From the IMG/VR virus record IMGVR_UViG_3300027790_000073: a stretch of 24,643 nt of DNA, one strand, 5' to 3'. The DNA comes from a virus. Lineage: Duplodnaviria; Caudoviricetes. The stretch's first letter is position 1. Every line of letters begins with the position of its first letter. The notes under the pieces are model-generated. The model saw only the letters and a program-made list of their open reading frames with translations. It did not search any database and was not told the origin of the DNA. A program made the translations under genes and the position numbers. Below are positions 8,309 to 17,547 of this stretch, one piece after another.

Positions 8309-9415
8309 TCACCGGCTGACAGGTGGCTGAGGTGTTCGGAGGAAACGGTTCAGTGGGCAGGGATCCGGGTCATCTCGACCGATGTTGATCGGGAGATGCT
8401 CCAGCGGCGTCTCATCGAACACCGCGCGCACGCCCCCAGGTTCGAAAGCCGATCCAGCCACCATCCGTTTCGTATCCAACCAGCCCGGGACGCACTCTGC
8501 ATTCACGACACCGGACTTGGAAAGCTCACAGACGGTTCCAGGCTTGACGGGGATCCGATAGATGTTGGGATGGCTGAATTCCCAGTACCTGGCAATCCCC
8601 TCTCCCCGCAGCGACGGATCGTGAAAGAGCATCGGCGATGATTCGATCAGCCATGGTTCGACGAGGCAGTCGATCCGCTCGGACATCTGCGCACGGTCAC
8701 GAGCCGGTACCACGATAATCTCGGGCGGCAGCTTGGGATCGTCGTACTGCATTCCGATCGTGAAGCCACCATCTGTCATGGCGACACTCATCAAATCCGT
8801 CGCGTTCTCGAAGCGAGGGACATCCGTGAAGTAGATGAAGTGCCTGTCGTCGAGCTCGGCGCTGCCCTGATAGTTCCACTTGCTGGCACGTATGTGCCCG
8901 CTCTTCTTGATGAGCGGAAGACACTCGGTAGATGTGTGATGGAACAGCTTGAGCCTGAAGCCGTCATGTTCAATCGCTGCCTCTTGAGGAAGCGCATCCG
9001 CATCGGTCACTAGGCACTCGTAGAGGGCACTGCCGTCCGGATACTCAGCCAGCCGGCGATGTCGGGTGTACAGGATGTCCGCCCTGGCGGGTCTATTGAA
9101 TACGACGTCGAAGTCAACACGGGCCCAATAGAACTGGCCTTCGTCCCCTTGGACGATGGCGATCGGGAGCATCGTTGGCCGCCATGCCTTCTCTCCGATG
9201 AACACAAATTGCGGGACCACGTGTCGCCCGAAAGGCAATACGACGTTCTGCACTTTGATCGCCCCGCGCACGGCTCCGCGCTCGACCAGATCGGCTTCGA
9301 TCTCTGTCCAGTCCACTTCACTGAGATGGATGCTTTCGGCATTCACGAGAGATGGTACCGCTTGCAGCTCGCCGCTCGAATCAGAACGAGACACGATGAG
9401 TCGAGCGAATATCAT
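8309..9415 (-). CDS. Hypothetical protein with putative ADP-ribosyltransferase (H-Y clade) core
   Basis: 368 aa ORF. LFHHTSTECLPLIKKSGHIRAS...FIYFTD resembles the ART strand-1 His and strand-2 Tyr motifs. The start is uncertain (overlaps the hipA 3' end by 35 nt). Confidence 0.6.
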   Translation of the reverse strand: MIFARLIVSRSDSSGELQAVPSLVNAESIHLSEVDWTEIEADLVERGAVRGAIKVQNVVLPFGRHVVPQFVFIGEKAWRPTMLPIAIVQGDEGQFYWARVDFDVVFNRPARADILYTRHRRLAEYPDGSALYECLVTDADALPQEAAIEHDGFRLKLFHHTSTECLPLIKKSGHIRASKWNYQGSAELDDRHFIYFTDVPRFENATDLMSVAMTDGGFTIGMQYDDPKLPPEIIVVPARDRAQMSERIDCLVEPWLIESSPMLFHDPSLRGEGIARYWEFSHPNIYRIPVKPGTVCELSKSGVVNAECVPGWLDTKRMVAGSAFEPGGVRAVFDETPLEHLPINIGRDDPDPCPLNRFLRTPQPPVSR

Positions 9416-10679
9416 TATTCCACTTTTCGCTGACCCTCGCCTCGTCGGCGAAGTCAGGCCACTGCTTCACCGCATCAATAACCTCGTCCAGGATGGAATC
9501 CGCTCGCCCGCGTTTCATTGATGCGGTGTCACCGAAGGCCCGGAAGTCCTCGCGTGTAAACCCGTCGCGTTTGCGGTTCATCGACATCTGGTGAGTGGAA
9601 GTCCATGCCCCTGAGGGGTTGTAGCTGTAGGACACGTCAAATGCCGGAGATAGCGACCATTTCCCTTTCTTGTCCATCAGGAACGCGATGTTCTTGACGT
9701 GGTCGTCCTGATTACGAGCCACGATGTTGAAGGCCATACGCCTGAACTGCTCCTCGATGTCGTCCATGGACAGCCCAAGCCGCCGAATGACCATGATCGC
9801 CTGCTCGTAGGAGTGCGACCCCGCATCGTTGAAGTCGAAGTGCCCGAGCGCCCCGAGCGATTGCATGTGGAGCTTGTCGCCCCCGTTGGTGCGATCAAAG
9901 CGTTGGGTCATGAAGTGTCGGCGGCCGTTTTCCTCGAGCAGGCGACAGTCGGCCATGCGGATACCCGCGGCTCGTGCCATGAGCGAGTATGCGTACTCGA
10001 TCGCGCCGTACCCCTGCGGGTCGGCAAGCTCTTTGTCGCGGTTGTTCGACACCCCATCAAACTTGAGGAGCCAGTACTCAAAACCCGGGGGGGCTGTGAT
10101 CTGTCCGGAGAGGATCTCGTTGGAGGTTGGGTTCCAGGCGATGAGTGCCTTTGCTCGCGCACCACCCGCGGAAGCGCTGACTTGCAGGATCTGCCGTAGT
10201 GCAGCCGCTTCTTGGCCATCTTCCCAGTTCGTGCTGAAGCGCTCCCGATCCGTGAGCACTTGCGATGCCAGCCGCACGAGTGCCGCGACTTCCAAAGGCA
10301 CGGCTTCATCGGCTTGTGGTCCCTCGGCGGGTTCGAACTCGAGTGCGCCCATGCCCCGTTTGCCGGTATAGCACAGGCGCTCGACTGCATCAATCTCGTA
10401 TGGCAAACGCCCTTGGGCAGCCAACCAGGCGTCGATGACGGCGTTACCGAACTTGTCGGGAAGCGAGTCTGCGAGCATTCCTGGCAACCTGTGAAACGAT
10501 CGTTCGGCGAGACCCGGGAACCGGTAGACCTTGGAGGAGAGGGGCATCATTAAGGGCGCAACTTCGATGCCGCTCCGGCGGAACGGTTCGGTGTATTGGA
10601 ACGAGGCCACGCCACCTGGCCCGTCGACCGTGACCGCACCGATCTGCCGCCCCCACATACGGACTTCGGCGACGGTCAT
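9381..10679 (-). CDS. hipA: HipA-family Ser/Thr kinase toxin (N-terminal HipA-coupled domain plus kinase)
   Basis: LADSLPDKFG, GKRGMGALEFEP, P-loop SAGGARAK, WLLKFD, RFDR, catalytic NQDDHVKN and SPAFD. Confidence 0.95.
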   Translation of the reverse strand: MTVAEVRMWGRQIGAVTVDGPGGVASFQYTEPFRRSGIEVAPLMMPLSSKVYRFPGLAERSFHRLPGMLADSLPDKFGNAVIDAWLAAQGRLPYEIDAVERLCYTGKRGMGALEFEPAEGPQADEAVPLEVAALVRLASQVLTDRERFSTNWEDGQEAAALRQILQVSASAGGARAKALIAWNPTSNEILSGQITAPPGFEYWLLKFDGVSNNRDKELADPQGYGAIEYAYSLMARAAGIRMADCRLLEENGRRHFMTQRFDRTNGGDKLHMQSLGALGHFDFNDAGSHSYEQAIMVIRRLGLSMDDIEEQFRRMAFNIVARNQDDHVKNIAFLMDKKGKWSLSPAFDVSYSYNPSGAWTSTHQMSMNRKRDGFTREDFRAFGDTASMKRGRADSILDEVIDAVKQWPDFADEARVSEKWNNDIRSTHRVSF

Positions 10680-11044
10680 GATTCAGTCCCTTCCTCGTCG
10701 CCCCAAGTCCACTCCTCGGATCCCTTCTCGCCATCGGACTCTGCGCGTCCGCTCGCTCTCTTGCGTCGCTTCTCCTTCGATCGCAGCAGTTCGAGCGGAC
10801 TCGGAGTTGGCGGTGGCAGCAGCTCATCGATGTTGGCGAGCAGGTCGAGCGCGCGGAGTATCCTGATCAGGTTGGTCAGCTGGGTGGATTCTCCTCCCTC
10901 CAATCTGACCACCGTGCGTTTGGAGACACCGGCCTCCTTCGCGAGCTGGGCCTGTGTCCAGTCGAGCCGAAGGCGGTGCTGCGCGATCCGTTCGCCGATC
11001 GCGGTTAAAGCCGCCGTATCCGTCATGTACTTGGGGGTGTCCAT
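10676..11044 (-). CDS. XRE-family HTH regulator, HipB-like antitoxin
   Basis: IAQHRLRLDWTQAQLAKEAGVSKRTVVRLEGG HTH_3 motif, Trp-containing acidic tail (EEWTWGDEE), ATGA overlap with hipA. Start is 11044 (or 11026/11074). Confidence 0.9.
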   Translation of the reverse strand: MDTPKYMTDTAALTAIGERIAQHRLRLDWTQAQLAKEAGVSKRTVVRLEGGESTQLTNLIRILRALDLLANIDELLPPPTPSPLELLRSKEKRRKRASGRAESDGEKGSEEWTWGDEEGTES

Positions 11045-11058
11045 AGGGCGTCCGTAAA

Positions 11059-11114
11059 GTGCCAATACTGGCAACTATATCGTCAATTCGCCCATAAAGC
11101 GACAGAATTGGCAC
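11059..11114 (-). promoter_or_regulatory. Promoter/operator of the XRE-hipA operon
   Basis: AT-richer patch with minus-strand -10-like TATAGT (11079-11074). Palindrome TGCCA-ATAC-TGGCA (11060-11073) and outer inverted repeat GTGCCAAT/ATTGGCAC (11059-11066 / 11107-11114). Confidence 0.55.
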
Positions 11115-11278
11115 CACAAAGTGGGCCGGGAATCAGCCCTGAGGCCCGAGAACGCGCTTTTCTGACCTCCTGCTGCCGGTCCCGGCACGCTTGGCCTTGC
11201 CAACCCGTGCAGTCGGTTCTTGAACGGCATAGGTGACCCGAGAGGCCCCCGCGAGGTGCGGGGGCACGCGAGGTTGCC

Positions 11279-11530
11279 GTGCCCGATCCCACCCCCAATC
11301 TCGAACAGGCGATCGCCGACAACGCCGCCGGGCCTGCCAAGGCCTCGGTGGACGGGCAGTCGGTCGAGCAGCACGCGATCCGCGACCAGATCGAGGCGGA
11401 CCGCTACCTCGAGTCCAAGCGGGCCACGCGCCGGCGCGGGCTGGGGATCCGGCTGTTCAAGATCGTGGCCGGGGGGGCCGGGGGGGCCGGGGGGGCCGGT
11501 GGCACCGGCGGACGGGAGGGCGGATGCTGA
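11279..11530 (+). CDS. Head-to-tail joining (gpW-like) small protein
   Basis: Small ORF directly before the lambda-type portal. GPAKASVDGQSVEQH...QIEADRYL has a gpW-like hairpin/helix pattern. GAGG RBS. Confidence 0.7.
   Translation: MPDPTPNLEQAIADNAAGPAKASVDGQSVEQHAIRDQIEADRYLESKRATRRRGLGIRLFKIVAGGAGGAGGAGGTGGREGGC
11469..11495 (+). repeat. Tandem (CCGGGGGGG)x3 repeat encoding AGG repeats
   Basis: Three exact 9-bp units, each with a G7 run. Confidence 0.9.
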
Positions 11531-13047
11531 AGCGCCTGCTCGCCCCGCTCTCGCGCCGGGCCGACCCGGTCCGGGCCGCCACGGCGATCGTGCCTCAGCG
11601 GACACGGATGGTCCGGGCGCGGTTCGACTCGGCACAGACCACCGCCGACAACCGCCGCCACTGGGCCGCGGCCGACGGGCTCTCGCCCAACGCGGCCGTT
11701 AGCCCCGAGGTGCGGCGCATCCTGCGCAACCGCGCCCGCTACGAGGTGGCCAACAACTCCTACGCCAAGGGCATCGTCCTCACGCTGGCCAACGACACCA
11801 TCGGCACCGGGCCTCGGCTGCAGATGCTCACGCCCGACACGTCGGTCAACGCCCGCGTCGAGGAAGCCTTCGAGGCCTGGTCGGCGGCGATCGACCTGCC
11901 CGGCAAGCTCCGCAGCATGCGGATGGCCCGGGCCGAGAGCGGCGAGGCGTTCGGCCTTCTGATCTCCAGCCCCGGGCTCGACACACCCGTCAAGCTCGAC
12001 CTGCGCCTGCTCGAACCTGATCAGGTCTGCACGCCGTGGTTCGGGCGCACGCCCACCGGTCAGGCAGTGACCGATGTCGACGGCATCGTCTTCGACCCCA
12101 GCGGGCTGCCGGTGGCGTACCACGTGCTGCGGCACCACCCCGGCGACGGGGCGTGGCACACCGTTCGAGACCACGACACCTACCCCGCGGCGTCCGTGCT
12201 GCACTACTTCCGGCCCGACCGGCCGGGCCAGTGGCGCGGCATCCCGGACATCACACCCGCCCTGCCGCTCTTCGCGCAGCTCCGCCGCTACACGCTGGCG
12301 GTGATCGCCGCCGCCGAGACGGCCGCGGACTTCGCGGCGGTGCTCTACACCGATGCGCCCGCCAACGGCGAGGCCGACCCGCTCGAACCGATGGACGAGG
12401 TCGAGCTCGAGAAGCGGATGGCCACCGTGCTGCCCGGCGGCTGGAAGCTCGGGCAGGTCCACGCCGAGCACCCATCAACGACCTACGGCGAGTTCAAGCG
12501 CGAGATCCTCAACGAGATCGCCCGCTGCCTGAACATGCCCTTCAACGTCGCGGCCGGGAACAGCTCCGGCTACAACTACGCCTCGGGCCGCCTGGACCAT
12601 CAGACCTACTTCAAGAGCATCCGTGTCGAGCAGCACCGCCTCCAGCAGACGGTGCTGGACCGCTTGCTCCGCGCCTGGCTCGATGAGGCCGCGCTGGTCG
12701 AGGGGCTGCTGCCCCAGGCGATGCGTGTGCGCGGCGCAGCCACACCGCACGTCTGGTTCTGGGACGGCGTCGAGCATGTCGACCCGGCCAAGGAAGCCAA
12801 CGCACAGGCAACCCGCCTGGCCAACCACACCACAACGCTCGCGCACGAGTTCGCACGCCAGGGACGCGACTGGGAGGACGAGCTCCGCCAGCGGGCCAAG
12901 GAACTGGCCCTCATGCGCGAGCTCGGGCTGCCGGTCACCACCAAGGCCGGCGGCCCAAGCGACACAACGGGCGAGCCTGATCCCGAAGACTCCAATCCCG
13001 ACACCGACGAGACCGTCACCGACGAAACCACCAAGGAGGCCGCGTAG
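11524..13047 (+). CDS. Phage portal protein, lambda family
   Basis: LRNRARYEVANNSYAKG, VLHYFRPDRPGQWRGIP, NYASGRLD, HVDPAKEANA. ATG 11524 follows GGGAGGG and overlaps the upstream stop. Confidence 0.93.
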   Translation: MLKRLLAPLSRRADPVRAATAIVPQRTRMVRARFDSAQTTADNRRHWAAADGLSPNAAVSPEVRRILRNRARYEVANNSYAKGIVLTLANDTIGTGPRLQMLTPDTSVNARVEEAFEAWSAAIDLPGKLRSMRMARAESGEAFGLLISSPGLDTPVKLDLRLLEPDQVCTPWFGRTPTGQAVTDVDGIVFDPSGLPVAYHVLRHHPGDGAWHTVRDHDTYPAASVLHYFRPDRPGQWRGIPDITPALPLFAQLRRYTLAVIAAAETAADFAAVLYTDAPANGEADPLEPMDEVELEKRMATVLPGGWKLGQVHAEHPSTTYGEFKREILNEIARCLNMPFNVAAGNSSGYNYASGRLDHQTYFKSIRVEQHRLQQTVLDRLLRAWLDEAALVEGLLPQAMRVRGAATPHVWFWDGVEHVDPAKEANAQATRLANHTTTLAHEFARQGRDWEDELRQRAKELALMRELGLPVTTKAGGPSDTTGEPDPEDSNPDTDETVTDETTKEAA

Positions 13048-13049
13048 CG

Positions 13050-15065
13050 ATGTCACACCCCCGCATGATCCAGGCGTCCGCTGCTCCCGCGCAGCCCACT
13101 GCCCTTGCCCACTCAAACCCCGGCTCGCACCCCAGGACGCTGGCGCTCACCGCGCAGGCGGAGTTCGAGATCGAGGGCGCTGACACGGTCAGCGGCGACG
13201 GCGGCGCTGCCGCTCCTCTGCCGCGGTTCCGGATGATGGCCTACAGCGGCGGGCCGATGCGCGTCGCCGGCTGGCGGCACCCGGTCGTGATCGACCTGGC
13301 CGGGCTGGCGATCCCCTCCCCGTCGCGGCCGATCCGGTTCGGGCACGACGCGACGGCGGGCGTCGGGCACACCGACCAGGTGATGGTCGAAGAGGGGCGG
13401 CTGGTGGCCACCGGGATGATCTCCCGCGACACGCCCGCGGCCCGCGAGGTCGTGGTCTCAGCGCGCAACGGATTCCCCTGGCAGGCATCGGTGGGCGCGA
13501 GCGTCGAGGCGTTCGAGTTCCTCCGCGAGAACCAAACCGCGACCGTCAACGGACGCGAGGTCGCCGGCCCCTTGAACATCGTGCGCAAGTCCACGCTCGG
13601 CGAGATCAGCTTCGTCGACCTCGGGGCTGACGGCTCGACCTCGGCGACCATCGCCGCCGGCGCTGCCGCGGGGGACGATGCATCCGATCCCGTCCAGGGC
13701 GCGGGCACCCCTGCGCCCGAAGCGAACCAGCCCGCGATCACCGACCCGGTGCAGACCATGCGGCAGCAGATCGCCGCCGAGAGCGAGCGGATCGCCGCCG
13801 TGCGACGGCTGTGCGCGGGCCAGCACCCCGAGATCGAGGCCCGCTCGATCCGCGAGGGCTGGGACGCGACCAAGACCGAACTGGAGGTCCTGCGGGCCAG
13901 CCGACCCAAGGCCCCTGCCATTCACGCCCCCGCCGCGCCGGCGGTCAACCAGCGGGTTCTCGAAGCCGCGTGCGTGCTCTCGGGCCGGTTGACCACTCCC
14001 GAGCGACACTGTGCGGAGCAGGATCTGGAAGCCGCGACGCGGGCTTTCGGGCAGTCGATCGGGCTCCAGGAACTGCTGCTCCACGCCGCTTGGGCCAACG
14101 GCTACACCGGCCGGACGTTCCGCGACTGGCACGGCGTGATGGATGCCGCGTTCGGAAGGGGCATCGAAGCGTCCAACAGCACGATCAGCATCGGCGGCAT
14201 CCTCTCGAACGTCGCCAACAAGTTCCTGCTCGAAGGCTTCTTCAGCGTCGAACGCACCTGGCGGAACATCACCGCGGTGCGCAGCGTGACCGACTTCAAG
14301 GCCGTCACCAGCTACCGCCTGACGGGCAACGACCAGTACGAGCGCATCGCGCCCGGAGGCGAGATCAAGCACGGCACGCTGGGCGAGGAGACCTACACCA
14401 ACCGGGCCGAGACGTATGGCCTCATGCTGTCGATCGATCGCACCGACATCATCAACGACGATCTGGGCGCGATCACCAGCGTGCCCCGCAAGCTCGGCGC
14501 GGGCTCGGGCAAGACCATCAACGACATCTTCTGGAAGACCTTCCTGGCGAACTCGGGCTTCTACACGGCGGGCAACAACAACTACCTCGCCGGCGCGGAC
14601 ACCGCCCTGTCAATCGACGGGCTGACCAAGGCCGAGGTCGCCTTCATGGACCAGGTGGACTCCGACGGCAAGCCGCTGGGGGTGATGCCGCAGGTGCTGC
14701 TGGTGCCCACAGCGCTGTCGGCGCTGGGCAGCCAGCTCTTCAAGAGCATGGAACTGCGCGACAACACCTCGAGCGCCAAGTACCCGGTGACCAACCCACA
14801 CCAGGGCAAATTCCGCGTCGAGGTCAGCCGCTACCTGGGCAACGCGGCCTACCCGGGCCAATCGAGCAAAGCCTGGTACATGCTCGCCTCACCGGCGGAC
14901 CTGCCGGTCATCGAGGTGGCGTTCCTCAACGGACAAGAAGCCCCGACCATCGAGACCGCCGAGCAGAGCTTCAACCGGCTGGGGATCCAGATGCGCGGCT
15001 ACCACGACTTCGGCGTGGCGCTGCAGGACCCGCGTGGCGGCGTGAAGAGCAAGGGTGAGGCATGA
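13050..15065 (+). CDS. Prohead protease-scaffold-major capsid fusion (Mu gpT-like capsid)
   Basis: N-terminal protease motifs (AYSGG, IRFGHD, WQASVGA, EISFVDLGAD), Ala/Pro-rich linker, then capsid motifs (VTDFK, ETYGLMLSIDRTDIINDDLGA, IEVAFLNG, YHDFG). Confidence 0.9.
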   Translation: MSHPRMIQASAAPAQPTALAHSNPGSHPRTLALTAQAEFEIEGADTVSGDGGAAAPLPRFRMMAYSGGPMRVAGWRHPVVIDLAGLAIPSPSRPIRFGHDATAGVGHTDQVMVEEGRLVATGMISRDTPAAREVVVSARNGFPWQASVGASVEAFEFLRENQTATVNGREVAGPLNIVRKSTLGEISFVDLGADGSTSATIAAGAAAGDDASDPVQGAGTPAPEANQPAITDPVQTMRQQIAAESERIAAVRRLCAGQHPEIEARSIREGWDATKTELEVLRASRPKAPAIHAPAAPAVNQRVLEAACVLSGRLTTPERHCAEQDLEAATRAFGQSIGLQELLLHAAWANGYTGRTFRDWHGVMDAAFGRGIEASNSTISIGGILSNVANKFLLEGFFSVERTWRNITAVRSVTDFKAVTSYRLTGNDQYERIAPGGEIKHGTLGEETYTNRAETYGLMLSIDRTDIINDDLGAITSVPRKLGAGSGKTINDIFWKTFLANSGFYTAGNNNYLAGADTALSIDGLTKAEVAFMDQVDSDGKPLGVMPQVLLVPTALSALGSQLFKSMELRDNTSSAKYPVTNPHQGKFRVEVSRYLGNAAYPGQSSKAWYMLASPADLPVIEVAFLNGQEAPTIETAEQSFNRLGIQMRGYHDFGVALQDPRGGVKSKGEA

Positions 15066-15136
15066 CTCAGTTCGGCGGCGGCGGGTTCGACCCTGTCGAC
15101 CCCGGTGACACAGGCAACGGCAACGGAGGCATAGCG

Positions 15137-15469
15137 ATGGCAACCACATTCGTACAGCAGGGCGCGGCGATCGACTACACGCCGGGGGCCGACACGCCCG
15201 CGGGCACGGTCGTCGTGCAGGGCGATTTGGTCGGGGTCACCCGGGTGGATCTCAAGGCGGGCCAGCTCGGTGCGCTCGCGGTCGAGGGGGTCTTCGACTT
15301 CCCCAAGGCGACCACCGCGGGCACGGGCTTCACCGCCGGTCAGCTCGCGTACTGGGACAACACTAACGACATGGCGACCAAGACCGCGACGGGCAACAAG
15401 CTCATCGGCAAGGTCGTGCGGGCCGCGGCGGACGCCGACGCGACCATTCGTATCCGGCTGTCGCAGTAA
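15137..15469 (+). CDS. DUF2190-family capsid decoration/cement protein
   Basis: FVQQGAAIDYTP...GQLGALAVEGVFDFPK...YWD...IGKVV. GGAGG RBS at 15125-15129. An alternative in-frame start is at 15062. Confidence 0.88.
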   Translation: MATTFVQQGAAIDYTPGADTPAGTVVVQGDLVGVTRVDLKAGQLGALAVEGVFDFPKATTAGTGFTAGQLAYWDNTNDMATKTATGNKLIGKVVRAAADADATIRIRLSQ

Positions 15470-15496
15470 GCGAACGTATCGATCGGAGGCTTCACC

Positions 15497-15883
15497 GTGG
15501 CGGACCTGCTCGAACAAGGCGCATCGTTCCTCGATACCCAGCGGCACGCGCACATGACGCGACCGGTGGTGTACCAGCGGGGCGCTGCTCAGGTCGAGCT
15601 CAACGCCACCATCGGCCGCACGGAGTTCGAGCAGGCCAACGAAGCCGGGCTCATCCACCGGATCGAGTCGCGTGACTTCCTGGTCCGCACGGCTGATCTG
15701 GATCTGGGCGATGGCCCCGCCTTGCCCAAGGCCGGCGACCGCGTCCGCGAAACCGTCGGTTCATCCGTGTTCGTCTACGAGGTCAATGCGCCCGGCGGCC
15801 AGCCGCCGTGGCGGTACAGCGACCCGTACCGCAAGGCGCTTCGCATCCACACCAAGCACATCGCCACCGAGGACCTTCCGTGA
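15497..15883 (+). CDS. Putative head-tail adaptor/closure protein
   Basis: Position after capsid and DUF2190; beta-rich with PKAGDRV motif; GGAGG RBS. Confidence 0.7.
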   Translation: MADLLEQGASFLDTQRHAHMTRPVVYQRGAAQVELNATIGRTEFEQANEAGLIHRIESRDFLVRTADLDLGDGPALPKAGDRVRETVGSSVFVYEVNAPGGQPPWRYSDPYRKALRIHTKHIATEDLP

Positions 15884-16152
15884 CCAGTGTTCCCACGAAC
15901 GGACATCCCCCCAGGCCTACGCCCCCACCGAACGGCGGGCACCGGTGGGCCGCGATCGCACTGACCATCGGCATGGCGGCGCTGGCCGTCACGGTCCAGT
16001 GGGGTGTGGTGACCACCAAGCTCGACCACGTCGAGCGGCGGCTGGACGAGCTCATCGTTGAGGCTCGGTCGCTGCGGGCCGAGTACCAGGCGATCGAGCG
16101 CCGGGTGTCCTACCTCGAAGGCCGCTTCATCGGAGGCGCGAAGGGACCATGA
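15880..16152 (+). CDS. Small membrane protein (one TM helix plus coiled coil), possibly lysis-related
   Basis: GTGA and ATGA overlaps on both sides. WAAIALTIGMAALAVTVQWGVV followed by heptad repeats. Confidence 0.7.
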   Translation: MTSVPTNGHPPRPTPPPNGGHRWAAIALTIGMAALAVTVQWGVVTTKLDHVERRLDELIVEARSLRAEYQAIERRVSYLEGRFIGGAKGP

Positions 16153-16580
16153 GCACAATCAGCACCCTCGCCGACGCGGTGGCCGAGCACATCAACGCGG
16201 GCACCTACGCCCAGCCGGTCTCGGCCGTCCGCACCTACCAGCCCGCGTTCACACTCGAGGAGCTCGGCGAGCTGCGGGTATCAGTCGTGCCAAGGACGAC
16301 CACCGTCGCGGCCGCGAGCCGCGAGAGCAGCACTTACGAGCATGTGCTCGATGTGGGCGTGCAGAAGAAGCTGCCGGCGGAAGACGATCAGCCCGCGATC
16401 GATGAGCTGCTCGAACTCACCGAAGCCATCGGCGACCGCCTGCGGCACACGCGGCTGGCGGGGTTCCCCGAGGCGGCGTGGGCTGGCCTTGCGCACGAGC
16501 CGGTCGTCTCCAGCGAGAGCCTCGAGCAGCACCGCGTATTCACCAGTGTTCTGAGCGTCACCTACCGGGTGAGGAGGTAA
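16149..16580 (+). CDS. Putative tail terminator/completion protein
   Basis: 143 aa, directly upstream of the tail tube gene, ending in a beta strand (FTSVLSVTYRV). Confidence 0.7.
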   Translation: MSTISTLADAVAEHINAGTYAQPVSAVRTYQPAFTLEELGELRVSVVPRTTTVAAASRESSTYEHVLDVGVQKKLPAEDDQPAIDELLELTEAIGDRLRHTRLAGFPEAAWAGLAHEPVVSSESLEQHRVFTSVLSVTYRVRR

Positions 16581-16583
16581 CCG

Positions 16584-17012
16584 ATGGCAATCAAGCTCGG
16601 CATGGAAGCCAAGCTGCTCTACCTGGTCGGCGGCCAGGGCGGGGCCGGCTCGTGGACAGCGATGGACAACGTCAGGGACGTGACCCTCAGCCTCGAAGCG
16701 GGCGAGGCCGACGTGACCACCCGCGCCAACGCGGGCTGGCGCGCGACGGTCGCCACGCTCAAGGAGGCGAGCGTCGAGTGGGAGATGGTCTGGGATACCG
16801 CCGACGCGGGGTTCACCGCCATCAAGAACGCGTTCTTCAACAACGACCTGATCGGGCTGCAGATCCTCGACGAGGCCGACGGCCAGGGGCTGCAGGCGGA
16901 CTTCTCGATCACGAACTTCAGCCGCAACGAGGCGCTCGAGGAGGCCATCACCGTCTCGGTGACGGCCAAGGTGACCTACTCGGACACGGCCCCGAGCTGG
17001 ATCGGCGGATAA
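16584..17012 (+). CDS. Major tail tube protein
   Basis: VRDVTLSLEAGEADVTTRANAGWRATVATLKEASVEW...ITNFSRNEALEEAITVSVT is a siphophage tube pattern. Confidence 0.85.
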   Translation: MAIKLGMEAKLLYLVGGQGGAGSWTAMDNVRDVTLSLEAGEADVTTRANAGWRATVATLKEASVEWEMVWDTADAGFTAIKNAFFNNDLIGLQILDEADGQGLQADFSITNFSRNEALEEAITVSVTAKVTYSDTAPSWIGG

Positions 17013-17028
17013 CGGATCGGAGGCATCG

Positions 17029-17547
17029 ATGCGCACGTTCAAGGACAACCAGGGCCGCGAGTGGACCGTCGAGATCACCGTCGCGGCGATCAAACGCGTG
17101 CGTGGGCTCGCGGGCGTCGACCTCATGGAGGTGCTCGAAGGGTCAAACGGGCTCATCGAGAAGCTCGTGCGCGATCCCGTCCTCTTGTGCGACGTGATCT
17201 ACGCCGCGTGCAAGCCACAGGCGGATGAGCGTCAGGTCACTGACGAGACGTTCGGCGCATCGATGGCCGGGGACGCGATCGAGCACGCCACGGCGGCGCT
17301 CCTGGAGGAACTGGTGGATTTCTGCCCGAGCTCGAGGGACCGGGCCAACCTCGGGCGGGTGCTCAAGGCCACACGCGAGGTGATGGACAAGGCCCGGGAC
17401 GTGATGGAACGCCGGATCGACGAGCTGATCGACGGCGGGGCGCTGGAGCGGGCGGTGCTCGAAGCGGTGCCGCCGACGGTCGAGGCGGCGGCTGGCGGCT
17501 CGTCTGGCAGTGCGCCGGCGTCCTCGGCATCGATCCAGCCCCCCTGA
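17029..17547 (+). CDS. Tail assembly chaperone (gpG-like)
   Basis: Follows the tail tube gene; GGAGG RBS; acidic and helical. Confidence 0.75.
   Translation: MRTFKDNQGREWTVEITVAAIKRVRGLAGVDLMEVLEGSNGLIEKLVRDPVLLCDVIYAACKPQADERQVTDETFGASMAGDAIEHATAALLEELVDFCPSSRDRANLGRVLKATREVMDKARDVMERRIDELIDGGALERAVLEAVPPTVEAAAGGSSGSAPASSASIQPP

Noticed and set aside
11233-11523. Extended portal N-terminus from 11233 in the ORF track
   Set aside because: It overlaps the gpW-like gene. ATG 11524 has an RBS and stop/start coupling.
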